From: a virus
IMG/VR virus record: IMGVR_UViG_3300021365_000003
Length of the DNA: 64,000 nucleotides
Strand: one strand, 5' to 3'
Notes under the pieces: generated by a model
Database searches by the model: none
What the model was told of the DNA's origin: nothing
The model's input: the letters and a program-made list of their open reading frames with translations, nothing else
Program-made: the position numbers and the translations under genes
Shown: in pieces, positions 38,795-48,996 of the stretch
Layout of the letters: every line of letters begins with the position of its first letter
Position numbering within the stretch: position 1 is the stretch's first letter

Positions 38795-41425
38795 ATGGCG
38801 AATGATGATCAAAATAAAACAAAGGAATTAGCTGGGATATCTAAAAAAGTTGCAAAAGGAAAAAAGCTCTCCCTTGAAGAACAAAAGCTTTTAAACTTAG
38901 AAAAGAAAAAAAGTTTAGATCTCTCGCTAAAAGAACTTGAAGCCCAAGTAAAGTCCGGCCAACTAACACAAGGGCAAGCGGATCTTGAAAGACAAATAGC
39001 ATTAACAAAAAAGGAAATTTATGAGCTTTCGGAAGGCCAAGCCGAGATCGACGTCGAGCGCCTCGCAGGCCTCCAAAAAACGCTAGAATTAACAGAAAAC
39101 CTTTCAAGCGCAATTAATGACTCTGCAACACAAGGCGGCCTCTTAGCTGATAAAATTGCCCCGATAAGTAATTCTTTCTCCAGAGCGGCAGTAGCTAGTC
39201 TTGAAGCTGGAGAGGGAGCTAAAGGCCTGGGCGCCGCACTTAAAGCCGCATTTGGGGCATATGCTTTTAACGCTGCTAAGGGCCTAAGTGTTTCAAAGAT
39301 GTTCTTTTCAAGTTTGGAACTCCTTGCTGAAACAACCATAAAGGCAGTTTCTGCCCTTGATAGCGCCGGTGCTTCTTTCGTTCAGAACACAGGGGCTTCT
39401 CGTGACTTTGCAAGAGCAGCATTTGAGACTAGAGATTCCTTGGGTCTTGTGGGCATCAGCGGCGCCGAAGCCGTTGGGGTAATGGGAGACCTTTACTCAA
39501 ACTTTAGCGAGTTCTCAGAGTTGTCACGAGGCTCACAGCAAGGCTTTATAGAGTTATCTGCGCAAATAGAGAAACTTGGTGGCGACGCCGCAGGTATGGC
39601 ACAGACATTTACAAAAGTCGCAGGAATGTCATTAGCTGAAACAGAAACGGCAATGAGAGAAGTTGCCGGCGCAGCAGATGCTCTTGGTATACCTTTTAGT
39701 CAAGTGTCGGCTGACCTTGTCGGAATGGGCGAGCTGTTTGCAAAGATGGGTGATGGCGCACTTGACGTTTTCTTGGAACTACAAGCAGCCGCAAAAGCAA
39801 CCGGAATGTCCGTTCAGAGCCTTTATAACATTGTGGGCCAATACGATACCTTTGAGGCCTCATCACAAGCAGCCGGACGCCTGAACATGGTCTTAGGTGG
39901 TAACTTGCTTGATACGTATTCTCTTTTGAATGCTACAGAAGAAGAAAGAATAGAACTATTACAAAGAGCAATGGAACAGTCTTCAATGACTTTTGACGAA
40001 ATGGATCGCTTCCAGAAAAGGGAAGTTTCAGATGCACTTAACATCTCGATGGAAGAGGCAGCACAGTTATTTGGAGCAACTCGTGAAGAAGTGCACGAAA
40101 CAGCCGCAGAGCTAATGCATGCCGGGATGTCTGCAGAAGAGTTAGCCGATAGGACAAGAGAAGCTTCAACCGCAATGGATAAGTTTAAGGTTCTTATGGG
40201 CAACTTGGCGCTCATTGTTGGGCCTATTGTGCAAACTTTAAACGGGCTGGTTAATGGTCTCTTGAAACTTTCCGACGCCCTCGGCGGTTCAATAATTGGC
40301 TCTTTCGCTGCTCTGACCCTCGGCTTGATCGGTGCGAAGGCAGCATTTATACTATTTTCCAAGGCGGCGGGCGCTAGCGTCGAGTTCCTGGTCGACAAAG
40401 TCTCGTCGAAATTTAAAAGTCTAGTAGGTTCTGCCGCAGAGGCTTCTGAAGGTGTTGAAGAGATTGCAGGAAATACCGGTGATGCAGTTAAAAGCTTCGG
40501 TAAGAAAGCCGCCGAGGGCTCCAAGGGCTTGCTGGCGTTTGGCGCAGCAATGCTTATGGTCGGCGCCGGCATTGGTTTGGCTGCTTGGGGGATGTCGACA
40601 TTGGTTGCGGCGTTCGGTGATTTAAATGGTGGCCAGATCGCCGGTGCTGTTCTTGCAATTGGGCTGCTTGGTGCCGCAATTGTTGGCCTTGGCTATCTAA
40701 TGGCGACCGCAGGTGCGCCCGCAATTGCCGGGTTCTCGGCATTTGGCGTCGCTATGCTTGCGGTCGGTGCCGGCACGTTCGTCGCTGCTCTTGGGGTGTC
40801 AAAACTAGTTGCGAGCTTTGCAGGGATGGATGCAGGAAACATTTTGGCAATAGGAGAAAGTTTGCTTAAAATGTCCCTTGGGGCGCTAGCCCTCGCAGCA
40901 GCTGTAGCAGTTCTAGCTATACCCGGCGCCGGATTCGGGATTAGAAAGTTAGGAAAAATGTTCCGGAAGGTTAGAGAGCAGATAGATCTATTAAATGTTG
41001 AAAAAGTATCGTCCTTTGCCACAGTCCTTTCTTCTATGGCGCAACTAGCATCAATGTCCTTAACAGATACGGGAGTGCCTGAATATATAGCTGCTATTGG
41101 TAAAGCTTTAGATGAACTCCCCGATAGCACAGAAAAAACGGTTGCTTTCAAGGCAACAGCAGACTCATTGGCCAACCTAATGCGAATTGCCTCAACCGTC
41201 GAAGCTGAACAAGTAGCAAGAATAGAGACGATTATTGGCGCCGTCTCAAACGCTGAAGGTGCTGAAAGCACTAACCAGCTGGTTGCAGCAATTAGCAGAC
41301 TGGTCAACGAGCGAGCCAACAATGAAGGAACAACGAACGTGATAGAGCTTGATGGGCGAGTGTTGGCTAAGTGGCTTGACCGCTATGATACTGCAAGATT
41401 TACGGGCGCCGCTCTCGCTCGATAA
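38795..41425 (+). CDS. Tape measure protein
   Basis: Ala/Gly-rich helical 876 aa with hydrophobic segments; ends IELDGRVLA; synteny. Confidence 0.85.
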   Translation: MANDDQNKTKELAGISKKVAKGKKLSLEEQKLLNLEKKKSLDLSLKELEAQVKSGQLTQGQADLERQIALTKKEIYELSEGQAEIDVERLAGLQKTLELTENLSSAINDSATQGGLLADKIAPISNSFSRAAVASLEAGEGAKGLGAALKAAFGAYAFNAAKGLSVSKMFFSSLELLAETTIKAVSALDSAGASFVQNTGASRDFARAAFETRDSLGLVGISGAEAVGVMGDLYSNFSEFSELSRGSQQGFIELSAQIEKLGGDAAGMAQTFTKVAGMSLAETETAMREVAGAADALGIPFSQVSADLVGMGELFAKMGDGALDVFLELQAAAKATGMSVQSLYNIVGQYDTFEASSQAAGRLNMVLGGNLLDTYSLLNATEEERIELLQRAMEQSSMTFDEMDRFQKREVSDALNISMEEAAQLFGATREEVHETAAELMHAGMSAEELADRTREASTAMDKFKVLMGNLALIVGPIVQTLNGLVNGLLKLSDALGGSIIGSFAALTLGLIGAKAAFILFSKAAGASVEFLVDKVSSKFKSLVGSAAEASEGVEEIAGNTGDAVKSFGKKAAEGSKGLLAFGAAMLMVGAGIGLAAWGMSTLVAAFGDLNGGQIAGAVLAIGLLGAAIVGLGYLMATAGAPAIAGFSAFGVAMLAVGAGTFVAALGVSKLVASFAGMDAGNILAIGESLLKMSLGALALAAAVAVLAIPGAGFGIRKLGKMFRKVREQIDLLNVEKVSSFATVLSSMAQLASMSLTDTGVPEYIAAIGKALDELPDSTEKTVAFKATADSLANLMRIASTVEAEQVARIETIIGAVSNAEGAESTNQLVAAISRLVNERANNEGTTNVIELDGRVLAKWLDRYDTARFTGAALAR

Positions 41426-41439
41426 AATAGGAGAAACTG

Positions 41440-42228
41440 ATGGCAAATTATATATCTACATATGCGCAAAAAAAGCAATATTATTTTCAATTCTATTCTG
41501 TAATCTCCGGTATGTTTGTTGCATTCCCGGCCTTGATAACTCAGTTGGAAGATAAGTTTTCTCCGAATTGGACTTCTGAGAACGTTTTTGGACGACAGGA
41601 TCCAATCTTAACTTTTCAAAACACTGAAAGAACAATCGATGTTGCTTTTGATGTGCCCTCCGACAGTATCGAAACGGCAGAAAGAAACTTAACCAATCTC
41701 AACCGATTGATTAGTTTTCTTTATCCAGCATATTCAACTAGTGGCACTTCAAATACGATATCAGCATCTCCTTTATTGCGTATAAAGTTTGCAAATTTGA
41801 TTTATGACCATTCAAAAGGAATTTCCGGTGACAGCCCAGAATCTGGACTAGTTTGCGGCATAAACAACTTTTCCCATAGTTTTAAATTTGATGGGTCTGC
41901 CGGCTGGGTTGATAAAGTTGGTTCGGCAATTCCTGCTTTCTTCTCAATAAGTTTTTCAGCCACAATCCTTCACACCCACGACCTGGGATATGTTGAAGGT
42001 ATGCCAGCAACAAACATGACCGAATTTCCTTATTTTATATCCGACTCTACACCCTCAACTTCCGAAGGTCGCATTGGAAGGGCCTTGGCAAGTATTGATT
42101 CCGCAGCTGCCGGCGCTACCGAAGCTGGCCAAGCAGCTGTCGCTCTTGGCTTCACAGCAACGAATGCCTTATCCGAGGCAAGTACGGCCGGTGATACAAG
42201 CGGGATAACAGAATCCGGAACCGACTAG
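41440..42228 (+). CDS. Tail tube initiator / baseplate protein
   Basis: VFGRQDPILTFQNTERTI, SPLLRIKFANLI; follows the tape measure gene. Confidence 0.65.
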   Translation: MANYISTYAQKKQYYFQFYSVISGMFVAFPALITQLEDKFSPNWTSENVFGRQDPILTFQNTERTIDVAFDVPSDSIETAERNLTNLNRLISFLYPAYSTSGTSNTISASPLLRIKFANLIYDHSKGISGDSPESGLVCGINNFSHSFKFDGSAGWVDKVGSAIPAFFSISFSATILHTHDLGYVEGMPATNMTEFPYFISDSTPSTSEGRIGRALASIDSAAAGATEAGQAAVALGFTATNALSEASTAGDTSGITESGTD

Positions 42229-42243
42229 CAAAAGAGTTAAACA

Positions 42244-42579
42244 ATGTCAAGATATTTAAACAAAAGAATTTTCCAAGCCAATAGAGCGCCGGCAACAAGA
42301 GAAATGCTAAGATCCAGAGACCTAATAAACACCAGGTTGATTGAAACAGCTCATATCCAGCCTCTCTCCAACGAGGAAAGGAAAAAATATTCAATGCGAA
42401 CTGCTATTTGGCAAAGAAGAACAAGGTTGTTTAAATTAGCTTTTGAATTTTATGGAGACTCAAAGCTTTGGTGGGTTATTGCTTGGTTCAATCAAAAGCC
42501 AACCGACGCACACTTTTCTGTGGGGGATGAAGTTTTGATTCCTTTTCCTTTGGAGCAAATCTACGAGAGGTTTATCTAA
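42244..42579 (+). CDS. LysM-like baseplate wedge protein (gp53/tail X-like)
   Basis: RLFKLAFEFYGDSKLWWVIAWFN..GDEVLIP. Confidence 0.75.
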   Translation: MSRYLNKRIFQANRAPATREMLRSRDLINTRLIETAHIQPLSNEERKKYSMRTAIWQRRTRLFKLAFEFYGDSKLWWVIAWFNQKPTDAHFSVGDEVLIPFPLEQIYERFI

Positions 42580-45500
42580 ATGGCTGCGCTTTCAGATAGT
42601 GACCGAGAGCTGCTAAGGGAAAATGTAAGGTTGACTCGGGACATCATAGAACCTTGGTTGGCTTTCACCCAGGCGAAGCAGAGACAAGGAGCCACATTTG
42701 AACTAGGCAGCTTCCAGGAACAAAATTTCACTTGGGAATTTCGAGACGTGCTCCGGAGCGGCCGGCCGAGGTTTGAAGGGGAGCTGGTTACACGTAGGAT
42801 GCGGGAAGACGCCCTCGACGAACGCAAGGCAAACCGAGACTTGGTCGTCACCAGTGGCCACGACGCCGATGAAGTGCGTGAACTTGAAATTCAAATCAGA
42901 GACGACCCTGGTAGCGTAACCAGTACTTCAGAGCAATTCGAAACAACCGACGAAAACGAAGCGGCAAACTTTCTGTTAAACAGGCAGCAAGGAGTGTTGG
43001 CATGTCTTAACGAACGAATAATTGAGAGCTTTTTTGATTTAGAAAACACCAGTCAGACAAACATCGTGCAAGTAAGCACACCAGATGAGCACCTGTTGAT
43101 CAATTTTCTTTTAAGAAGACCCGACCTTCTTCCATTTTTTGCGATCAGAACTCCTTATCTATCTTTATTAGTGCCAAAAATAAGACTGTATAAAAAAATA
43201 TATAAAAAAAACAACGATGGGTCATACAGTGAAATCGACAACGGGATATTAGAATTTAAATTTAAATCATTTACAGAAAATAAATCACTTGAAAGAATAA
43301 CTCAATCTAAATCTGGAAGAGCCGGCGGCGCTGGAATTAAAAGTGTTAATTGGTCGTACGAAGGCAACAATCCAGAAACCGTTAGATCGTTTGTTAATTT
43401 TGATATATCGTTATTCTTTCAAAGCTTAAGCGACTTTATTGGAATTAGTGCCAATGATGCACAAGCTGCCCTAGAGGACCCCAGAAATACTGACTTGATC
43501 AGCCTTATTGGTGCTGGTGTTGGAATCGCAAACGGTGATGATGAATCTGCGCAACCTCTTTATAAATATGAAATTTTAGCACATGTAGGTTGGGAAATTG
43601 ATCATAAAATCAACCACGACCTTGCCAACGATCAAAGTGTAAGAGCACTAAAAGAGATCATCAACCAAACAAATACCAGATTGCGTCTATCTTTAAAGGA
43701 TCATAGCCTAAACTTCAATGCCGACGGCACATTAACTTTAGACATTAGCTATTTTTCAGCTATCGATGAGTATTTTTCTGACGAGTCGCTTAACATACTA
43801 AGAATCGGTCTTCCTCCCGCTATCGAGTCAGTTAATCAAGCAGCTGCAAATACTGCCGGCCAAACGGAGCAAGAATCTCCAGCCGACAAGCAAGAATTGG
43901 ATCCTTGTGCGACTTCTAGAACTAGCACTAGCGACAACTCTGCCGATACTGACACCGACACCGACGAGTTGAACGAACGAGAGGTTGCTCTATTGGATGC
44001 GTTGAGAACTACTGGAAATGATAATATTATTCAAAATTATAATAATATATTTACTGGACTGCTGGAAGGCAACAAGGTTTGGAAAGTTACAATAAACGCA
44101 GACGTCATTGAAGAAATAAGAGCCGCCGAAGTTAAGGAATCTCGGGTTCCGTTTAACGATGACTTCAGAAGCCTCGAAATAAGGCGCCTTACAGAAAGTG
44201 TCCTAATGAACCTTAGCGCTAATTCCCAATTCAATGTCAGCCAGGGGTTCTTCCACCAGGGAACTGGAATCGACCCCGGCGAAGTCGCTGCTAGCGCCGC
44301 CGCCGCCGACACACCGAACCTTTCTGATGCTGATCTGGATGCAGCTCAACGAGAAAGACTTCTAGAAAACTATAGCGAGAACGACGGCGCCCGGCTTGTA
44401 ATAAACTTTATAAGATTAGGAGACCTCATAGACAGAGTTGTTGAGGGCCTAAAAAACACAGAAGGCACTGCTTTGAAGGAAAGATCGGACGATTTTAAAT
44501 TTATTACCGGGCTCTACACCTATAGAGATATGGACAACACTAGAAAAGCTTATAATTATTCCGATATGCTCATTTCAATTGATGGCTTTAGATCTTTCTT
44601 TATTGAAAATATCATAAGGCCATTAAAAACAAGGTACAGCTTGACTGCTTTTATTAAGGATTTGGCAAGTAAGTTTTCCTATGTCAACTCAATTAGATTG
44701 GCTTCATCTGGTGACATTGTTAGCCCTGAAGGAGTGCCGCATGTTGCTTCTTTTGAAGGTCCGGACATAGGTATAAGCGACCAGCTTCGAGACGCTGCAA
44801 CCCGAGACGCTATATTCGGCGGTCCCGGCCTGGCGCCTGACCTCCAGGCCGGTATAGATTATAGGAATAGCGTTGCTGACAAGGAGCCTGTCTATGCAGG
44901 AAGTGTTGGCAATGTGATATCCGCCGCTCCATCGTCTGGCGATCAAAGGTTAATCTCTTATTTTATCCTACGCAGTAATGGTCAGACCATAGAGCGCAAA
45001 GCTGATGAAGAAGAGGATGCTCGGGTAGGGATATATCACGTGAAGTTAGGTTCAGACAGAGGTATTTTAAAATCAATTAAATTTCGAAAAGATGAAATTG
45101 AAGGACGCCGAGAAGGCAGGATTGTCCGTGCTGGTGGTTTAAACCTGTCAGCACTAAGAGAAAAGTATGATGCTACGATAACAATCTTTGGTGCCCCTTT
45201 CATTTTTCCAGGGACGTATATATATATCAACCCATCAATGGTCGGCTATGGTCACGGTTCTACTTCTGCAGCAAGAGTTTTAGGCTTGGGTGGGTATTAT
45301 TTTATTAATAAAGTTATAAACTCAATTGGATCCGATGGAAAATTTGAAACAGAAGTTGAAGCTAGTTGGGAGGCGTTTTCCGGCACCAGTTGCAACAGAC
45401 CTGAATTGGAAATCATTCAGGCCGGTTCCAGCGCAGCGGATGAAGTACTTCAAGAACCGCCCACCGCCCTTGAGAGACTTGCGTCGGCTGCTAGCGACAT

Positions 45501-45669
45501 AGTTACAAGCGCCGGCCAAGCCTTAAACAACAATTATAGCCAGCCAGCAGCTGCAGCGGTTACACAAGCCGGCCAGACCTTAAACAACAATGTTAGCCAG
45601 CCAGCAGCCGCAGCGACCACACAAGCCGGCCGAAACGTGAACTCAACACTCTCAGATCTCGGATTTTAA
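42580..45669 (+). CDS. Large baseplate hub-like protein
   Basis: C-terminal YDATITIFG..PGTYIYI..LGGYYFINKV..FETEVEA hub-like strands. Confidence 0.6.
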   Translation: MAALSDSDRELLRENVRLTRDIIEPWLAFTQAKQRQGATFELGSFQEQNFTWEFRDVLRSGRPRFEGELVTRRMREDALDERKANRDLVVTSGHDADEVRELEIQIRDDPGSVTSTSEQFETTDENEAANFLLNRQQGVLACLNERIIESFFDLENTSQTNIVQVSTPDEHLLINFLLRRPDLLPFFAIRTPYLSLLVPKIRLYKKIYKKNNDGSYSEIDNGILEFKFKSFTENKSLERITQSKSGRAGGAGIKSVNWSYEGNNPETVRSFVNFDISLFFQSLSDFIGISANDAQAALEDPRNTDLISLIGAGVGIANGDDESAQPLYKYEILAHVGWEIDHKINHDLANDQSVRALKEIINQTNTRLRLSLKDHSLNFNADGTLTLDISYFSAIDEYFSDESLNILRIGLPPAIESVNQAAANTAGQTEQESPADKQELDPCATSRTSTSDNSADTDTDTDELNEREVALLDALRTTGNDNIIQNYNNIFTGLLEGNKVWKVTINADVIEEIRAAEVKESRVPFNDDFRSLEIRRLTESVLMNLSANSQFNVSQGFFHQGTGIDPGEVAASAAAADTPNLSDADLDAAQRERLLENYSENDGARLVINFIRLGDLIDRVVEGLKNTEGTALKERSDDFKFITGLYTYRDMDNTRKAYNYSDMLISIDGFRSFFIENIIRPLKTRYSLTAFIKDLASKFSYVNSIRLASSGDIVSPEGVPHVASFEGPDIGISDQLRDAATRDAIFGGPGLAPDLQAGIDYRNSVADKEPVYAGSVGNVISAAPSSGDQRLISYFILRSNGQTIERKADEEEDARVGIYHVKLGSDRGILKSIKFRKDEIEGRREGRIVRAGGLNLSALREKYDATITIFGAPFIFPGTYIYINPSMVGYGHGSTSAARVLGLGGYYFINKVINSIGSDGKFETEVEASWEAFSGTSCNRPELEIIQAGSSAADEVLQEPPTALERLASAASDIVTSAGQALNNNYSQPAAAAVTQAGQTLNNNVSQPAAAATTQAGRNVNSTLSDLGF
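45511..45631 (+). repeat. 57-bp (19-aa) tandem repeat at the hub C-terminus
   Basis: GCCGGCC units start at 45511, 45568, 45625 (AGQxLNNNxSQPAAAAxTQ). Confidence 0.85.
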
Positions 45670-45676
45670 TAATTAA

Positions 45677-46759
45677 ATGACCATACAAGAATTTAACATA
45701 GGCAAAATCATACAAAACTCCTCAAGAAGGATTAGAACAAACTATAATAGTGATCTAGACTATAAGCTTTTCTTAGATACAGACTTGTTTCCACTTATCC
45801 CAAAAGACGACAAACTTATTGGGTTTAGTCAAGATTCTTTTGTTTTAGAAGAAGTAGCCGAACAATACAAAAAGTTTACAGATCTAATAACAAGAAAAAT
45901 GCTTCAGAAGAAAGTTGGTTTCGAGTTTTATAACTTTACAAAAAAACCAGACTTTTCCAATAACAACTTATTAGAAGCATACGCAAACAATCTAAATACT
46001 TATTATGGCTTACTTGTAAATTACATAGACGGAAGAAATATAAAGATAAGAAACGTCACAGATTTTTATAATACCTTTCTAGATTACATTGGAAAATACT
46101 CTAACATCTTGCCCTTGACTTTTTACAACTTAAACTTTAAGAAACGGTTGTATTTCGAAAACACCGGATTATCAATAGTCATAAAGCAAAAAGGCGCTGG
46201 TAGCCCAACAGGGATCTTTACAGACTTTCTTAGAAATACCAGAAGCACCAACGATTATGTAAAGATAGCAAATTTACAAGGCTTTGAGGTTGATCTTGCA
46301 AATCCTTATCGCTTGGTGTATAATCCATACAGAAAGATAAATAACGTTGACATCAAGCAGTTCTATACTGACAACTTTTTTAACTATTTTGATTTAGAGT
46401 TTAGTTATCTTGACATGATGATTACAACAATGTATAATCAATACAACAAAGACCGTTTTGCGAACCACTTCTCTGACAAGGACAAGATCTATTTTCCAAA
46501 CGAGATGTGCAAGAACCAAATAAGAACAATAAAAGAAAACATTAATAAAGAAGGAACATTAACAAAAGAGCAAAAACTAAAACTTTACTTTTTTGCGCTT
46601 CTATCGGAAACAAACCAAAACGAGATGCCAAATAAAGACAAGGTATTTCATAACGCTTTGGCCGTGGCGAATTCTCTTGACATGCCGTCCGCAATGCGCT
46701 ATACTGTAGCCCAAGTCAGGAGATCGTCCAAGACCACCACGCTCACCCCGGTTTTTTAA
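45677..46759 (+). CDS. Hypothetical protein
   Basis: 360-aa AT-rich ORF at the end of the tail operon. Confidence 0.6.
   Translation: MTIQEFNIGKIIQNSSRRIRTNYNSDLDYKLFLDTDLFPLIPKDDKLIGFSQDSFVLEEVAEQYKKFTDLITRKMLQKKVGFEFYNFTKKPDFSNNNLLEAYANNLNTYYGLLVNYIDGRNIKIRNVTDFYNTFLDYIGKYSNILPLTFYNLNFKKRLYFENTGLSIVIKQKGAGSPTGIFTDFLRNTRSTNDYVKIANLQGFEVDLANPYRLVYNPYRKINNVDIKQFYTDNFFNYFDLEFSYLDMMITTMYNQYNKDRFANHFSDKDKIYFPNEMCKNQIRTIKENINKEGTLTKEQKLKLYFFALLSETNQNEMPNKDKVFHNALAVANSLDMPSAMRYTVAQVRRSSKTTTLTPVF
46677..46705 (+). promoter_or_regulatory. Sigma70-type promoter TTGACA-N17-TATACT
   Basis: Near-consensus; sits at the structural-to-replication boundary. Confidence 0.7.
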
Positions 46760-47943
46760 TGTTCCAAACCCTTGATACGAAAAACAAATGCCACGCTGTC
46801 TATGAAGACGGCGTTTTTCATTTTGACGGTGCTGAAACAAAAGCCGCAAAAACTTGGTCTTATCACCACGCAACCGACAAAGAAGAGCTACAGGTTGGAA
46901 ACATTTGGGCTGGTGGTCGCTCTCTAAAAGAATGTTGCCCAGCCGATGTTATGCCAGAATACTTGGAGATTGAGAAAAAACTCCAAGCTTTTAACATGGC
47001 TTTTGGCGCCGTCGACTTTAACGTCCAAGAATGGTGCGTATACGACTTTATGCCGCTTTCTTTCCTGATTGATCTTTGCGAGGTAAAAAATAAAATAACT
47101 GAAAACGTTCTACAAAACTATACCAAGCCAAGATCTTATGACCACCTATTGGAAGTACACCGACTTCTCTCTGAGATGAACCACAAGCAAGTTCTTTTTG
47201 ACTTTGATGTGGCGGCACAGGTAAGCACGACAAAGGCCTTACAAGGCAAACTACGAAGCCTGAGAGGTATAAACAAGTGGGTTCACTACGATCCTTATGG
47301 CACAATCACAGGAAGGTTGAGCACAAAGCCAAATACGTTCCCGATTCTCAACCTCCCGCACGAGTTCAAAACAGCAGTGCGTCCGCATAACGATCTTTTT
47401 GTTGAGTTGGACTATAACGCAGCTGAACTTCGCACAATGTTGGCTTTGGCCGGTAAAGAACAGCCCGAAGAAGACATCCACGAATGGAACATGAAAAACG
47501 TGTTCTCTCGCATTGAGGATCGTGATCAAGCAAAGAAGAAAGCTTTCCAGTGGCTTTACGGTAAAACCGCCGCAAACAAAACTTTGGAAAAGGTTTACGA
47601 TAAAGATAAGATCAAAACTGACTGGTTCCATCACGATTTTATCAAGACACCATTTGGTCGTGCGATTGAGTGTGATGACGACCACGCAATCAATTATGTT
47701 ATTCAGTCAACAACCGCAGACGTTGTTTATGAGAATGCAAGCAAAGTCAATGAACTTCTGAAAGGACGCCAAACAAGCTTAGCCTTTATCGTTCACGACT
47801 GTATTATTTTGGACCTAAGCAAAAAAGATCTTGACTTGATCGACGATTTGGTGCATACTTTCTCTAACACTCGCTTTGGAGACTTTCGAACGACCCTCAA
47901 GGCAGGTAAGACACTCGGCGGTATGCAGGAGATTGCTTTATGA
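46759..47943 (+). CDS. Short family A DNA polymerase (polymerase domain only)
   Basis: TITGRLST, motif A ELDYNAAELR, DIH, motif B RDQAKKKAFQWLYG, TPFGR, NYVIQSTTAD, motif C VHDC. Confidence 0.85.
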   Translation: MFQTLDTKNKCHAVYEDGVFHFDGAETKAAKTWSYHHATDKEELQVGNIWAGGRSLKECCPADVMPEYLEIEKKLQAFNMAFGAVDFNVQEWCVYDFMPLSFLIDLCEVKNKITENVLQNYTKPRSYDHLLEVHRLLSEMNHKQVLFDFDVAAQVSTTKALQGKLRSLRGINKWVHYDPYGTITGRLSTKPNTFPILNLPHEFKTAVRPHNDLFVELDYNAAELRTMLALAGKEQPEEDIHEWNMKNVFSRIEDRDQAKKKAFQWLYGKTAANKTLEKVYDKDKIKTDWFHHDFIKTPFGRAIECDDDHAINYVIQSTTADVVYENASKVNELLKGRQTSLAFIVHDCIILDLSKKDLDLIDDLVHTFSNTRFGDFRTTLKAGKTLGGMQEIAL

Positions 47944-48800
47944 TTGAAAAAGTTATTGGTATTGGCGACGGCGGAAGCCAGATTGCCGAACATTTTAAAA
48001 AGTATTATGATTATTCTGTTCTTTGCGTTTCTGAAAAAGGTGATATCAAGATCCCGAAAACGAAAAAAGTAGAAGAGTTAGAAAGTAAGATGTTCGAGAC
48101 CAAGAAAAAGTGGTCAAAAACATTAAAAACCTTTGCTGCAGACGATAAGTTGCTTTTTGTTGTTAATGGAGCAGCAAGGTCAGCAGCAACTTCCTTGGTT
48201 TTGATGGAAGAAGTCAAAGAAAACCCAAAAACGGTTATCTTTGTTAAATCAGACCCAAATACAATCAACGGAACAGCAAAATTACAACAAAGAGCCGCCC
48301 TGATGGTTATGCAGGAGTTTGCTCGCTCCGGATTGATCGAAAAAATGTTTATTGTTGATAATATGGCCTTAGAGAAGATCAGCCCAGAAGTCAACATTCT
48401 AAACTATTATGAACAACTAAACGATCTTATTGTTTCGACTTTTCACATGATCAACTTCTGTAAGGACCAGCGCCCCGTGCTAAATACGACGGACGATCCG
48501 GTGGAAACCGCCCGCATCGCAACGTTTGGAGCCTTTAACGTCGAGAACGGTGAAAAAAAACTTTTTTATTCTCTTGACTTCCCGAGAGAGACGAGCTATA
48601 CTTATGTTCTGAACGATGAGGCGCTAAAGGAACCGGCTAGGCTGATGAACATTAAAGACATCAACACAGCAGCAAACAATACAGAGCCATCAAATGCATC
48701 ATCATTTGTTATTTATCGCTCGGACTTAGAACACAACTATGGATATATTGTTCAATACAGCACGATGATCCAAGAACAGTTGATAGAAAACCAGAACTGA
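47940..48800 (+). CDS. Tubulin/FtsZ-superfamily (PhuZ/TubZ-like) protein with degenerate signature
   Basis: T1 loop VIGIGDGGSQIA, IVDNMAL and YYEQLNDLIV segments; GGGTGSG position reads NGAARSA. Confidence 0.65.
   Translation: MIEKVIGIGDGGSQIAEHFKKYYDYSVLCVSEKGDIKIPKTKKVEELESKMFETKKKWSKTLKTFAADDKLLFVVNGAARSAATSLVLMEEVKENPKTVIFVKSDPNTINGTAKLQQRAALMVMQEFARSGLIEKMFIVDNMALEKISPEVNILNYYEQLNDLIVSTFHMINFCKDQRPVLNTTDDPVETARIATFGAFNVENGEKKLFYSLDFPRETSYTYVLNDEALKEPARLMNIKDINTAANNTEPSNASSFVIYRSDLEHNYGYIVQYSTMIQEQLIENQN
48574..48602 (+). promoter_or_regulatory. Sigma70-type promoter TTGACT-N17-TATACT inside the tubulin-like gene
   Basis: 17-bp spacer; preceded by an A/T tract (UP-like). Confidence 0.55.
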
Positions 48801-48837
48801 GGCACCACGATCGCCGCCGGACATTTTTTCGTTTTTA

Positions 48838-48874
48838 CGTGGATAAGATCCGGCGCTCGATCGTCTAACTAATG
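48838..48874 (+). repeat. Dispersed element copy A (CGTGGATAA-N16-GTCTAA)
   Basis: Diverged copy of the 61387/61501/63123 element. Confidence 0.75.
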
Positions 48875-48914
48875 TGAGGCGCTCAAGGGCGTCTGACCGA
48901 TGAGAAACGAGTGC

Positions 48915-48943
48915 TTGACATTCGCCACTCTCTGGTGTATAAT
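48915..48943 (+). promoter_or_regulatory. Perfect sigma70 promoter TTGACA-N17-TATAAT
   Basis: Exact consensus upstream of the SSB gene. Confidence 0.9.
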
Positions 48944-48996
48944 AAACTAAATTCGGTGGCCATTCGGGTCGCCGCAGCCAACCATAGGAGGTACAC

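Noticed and set aside
39823-41322. Long minus-strand ORFs (249 and 209 aa)
   Set aside because: Antisense shadows of the Ala/Gly-rich tape measure gene; no motifs or RBS
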